Virus record (IMG/VR): IMGVR_UViG_3300021085_000163
Span: 1-28,037 of that record
Direction: 5' to 3' (one strand)
Origin: a virus
Taxonomy: Duplodnaviria > Caudoviricetes
Length of the DNA stretch: 28,037 bases
The translations under genes and the position numbers were made by a program. This document shows positions 26,726 to 28,037 of the stretch, piece after piece; position 1 is the first letter of the stretch, and each line of letters begins with the position of its first letter. The notes below the pieces were generated by a model. That model did not search any database and had not been told where the DNA came from. It saw only the letters and a program-made list of their open reading frames with translations.

Positions 26726-28037
26726 ATGGCAGACGAAAGTATACAAATACTTAGACAACAAAAACAAGAAGAGATAACCAAGACTACAGAAGAGTTTGGT
26801 AAGAAGTTTAAGAATGTTGTCGCAAACTTACAAGAGGTTAACACACCTCTAGCAAAAACTATTGCTGACTTAAGAAAGACTACTAAGGGTTCGTTTAAAG
26901 CAGCCGCAAATGCCAATGAGTTACAGAAGTATACTAGTAACATAGTCAAAGCAACTTCTGACAATGCAGATAAAACCTCTAAGACTTACAAAAAACTTGC
27001 AGAAGGTTTAGATAAAATAAGTGGTACAAGTGGATTCTTAGACCAACTCAAATATGCACAAGATACTTTCGGACTCAACCAAGCAAAAGCAATCAAGTTA
27101 GAACAAGAGATTGCAGAAACGGAAATGAAGAATCGTAAAAAGATTCAGAAATTTAGAGATAATATACAAAAACTAGAATTAGACCGTGTTCGTGCAGAAG
27201 GGTTAGGAGACGAGAATAGACAAAAGGAACTTGCAGAAGAAAAGAAAACACAATCTGCAGAACTCTTAAAGTTTGAAACAGAAATCTTTGATACTAAAAG
27301 AGAAGAGTTAGAAATGCAAAAAGACTTAGTAGATAAGTCTAAGTCTGCTTTAGATAAACTTAATGAATCTGTTGAGAAACAATCTAAAGAACTTGCTGAA
27401 CAAGACACTAAGTTTACTATGTTCGGTCAAGGTCTCAAAGAACTAACTGGATTTGATTTACTAGGAAACTTAGATACAGTTGTAGATAAAATAGATGCAG
27501 TAGGTAAGATATTTGGAAACAAAGACTTGTCTGGCAGTATCGCTAGTGCCTTTTCTACAAGTGGAGAAAGTGACGGTATTTTAGCCTCAATTGCTGGAGA
27601 TAGTCAAGAAGTAGACCCTGCAATAAAAATCGCAAAGAAAGAACTAAAAGAAACTGAAGAAGTCAACGAGGGTGTTCAGACAACTAATAAACTATTAAGA
27701 GCATTGGTAATTGGCGGTGGTCTTAATAATCTAAAAGGTGGAGACGAAAATAATAAATTTGGAGCTACGTTACTAACTGGTAGATTTGCTCAACTTATAG
27801 CATCAGTTGGAGCTCCAGCTGCAGGTTACTTGGGAGCAAAAGGATTACAATCCTCTTTTGAAGCATTTAGAGATGGTAAAGGTACTAGGGGTGGAAAACC
27901 CAAAGGAAGCATGTTAAAAAATCTGAAGCTTCCAAAAGGTGGAAGAGTTGGAGCTGTAGCTAGTATACTAGGAACTCTTGCGGCCGCCATCGGTATCCCA
28001 ATGCTTTTTAATGATGAAGACACTCCTACTCCGCTAA
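26726..28037 (+). CDS. Probable tape-measure protein (gp29-like), first 437 codons (runs off right edge)
   Basis: Not in the ORF track. ATG at 26726 (MADESIQILRQQKQEE...) is open to the end of the window. Long K/E/Q coiled coil followed by Gly/Ala-rich hydrophobic segments; position after gp26/gp51. Confidence 0.65.
   Translation, partial: MADESIQILRQQKQEEITKTTEEFGKKFKNVVANLQEVNTPLAKTIADLRKTTKGSFKAAANANELQKYTSNIVKATSDNADKTSKTYKKLAEGLDKISGTSGFLDQLKYAQDTFGLNQAKAIKLEQEIAETEMKNRKKIQKFRDNIQKLELDRVRAEGLGDENRQKELAEEKKTQSAELLKFETEIFDTKREELEMQKDLVDKSKSALDKLNESVEKQSKELAEQDTKFTMFGQGLKELTGFDLLGNLDTVVDKIDAVGKIFGNKDLSGSIASAFSTSGESDGILASIAGDSQEVDPAIKIAKKELKETEEVNEGVQTTNKLLRALVIGGGLNNLKGGDENNKFGATLLTGRFAQLIASVGAPAAGYLGAKGLQSSFEAFRDGKGTRGGKPKGSMLKNLKLPKGGRVGAVASILGTLAAAIGIPMLFNDEDTPTPL

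Noticed and set aside
23207-28023. Short minus-strand ORFs (23207-23431, 24492-24848, 25005-25241, 26200-26385, 26698-26964, 27145-27408, 27826-28023)
   Set aside because: Antisense to well-supported plus-strand genes; 26200-26385 is the shadow of gp51.
28035-28037. Terminal TAA as the stop of the tape-measure gene
   Set aside because: Out of frame (the frame reads CCG CTA A..); the gene continues beyond the window.

Overview
An AT-rich segment of a T4-like myovirus genome, resembling aquatic/marine T4-likes; the host cannot be determined from this window. It covers most of the baseplate/tail module as two divergent late operons. Minus strand, read right to left: gp48, gp53, hub protein, gp5 spike (no lysozyme domain), unknown 360-aa helical protein, gp25, gp6, small fibre-like protein, gp7, gp8, 2223-aa VrlC/DUF4815-like protein, 70-aa conserved protein, and a fibre gene running off the left edge. 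Plus strand: gp4, an inserted three-gene enzyme cassette (HAD phosphatase, KdsB-like cytidylyltransferase, ParB/Srx-fold protein), gp2, gp54/gp19-like tube protein, gp26, gp51, an EF-hand membrane protein, and a probable tape-measure gene running off the right edge. Highlights: (1) an apparent programmed -1 frameshift fusing gp26 to a gp51 frame that lacks a suitable start codon, just upstream of the tape measure (lambda G/GT-like); (2) the late-coupled CMP-sugar-activation cassette; (3) no GATC found, and CCAGA/CCWGG tolerated only in a 5'-G context; (4) TATAAATAGTATT-ATG promoters implying leaderless late mRNAs. All product calls come from motif recognition by eye and gene order, not database searches.
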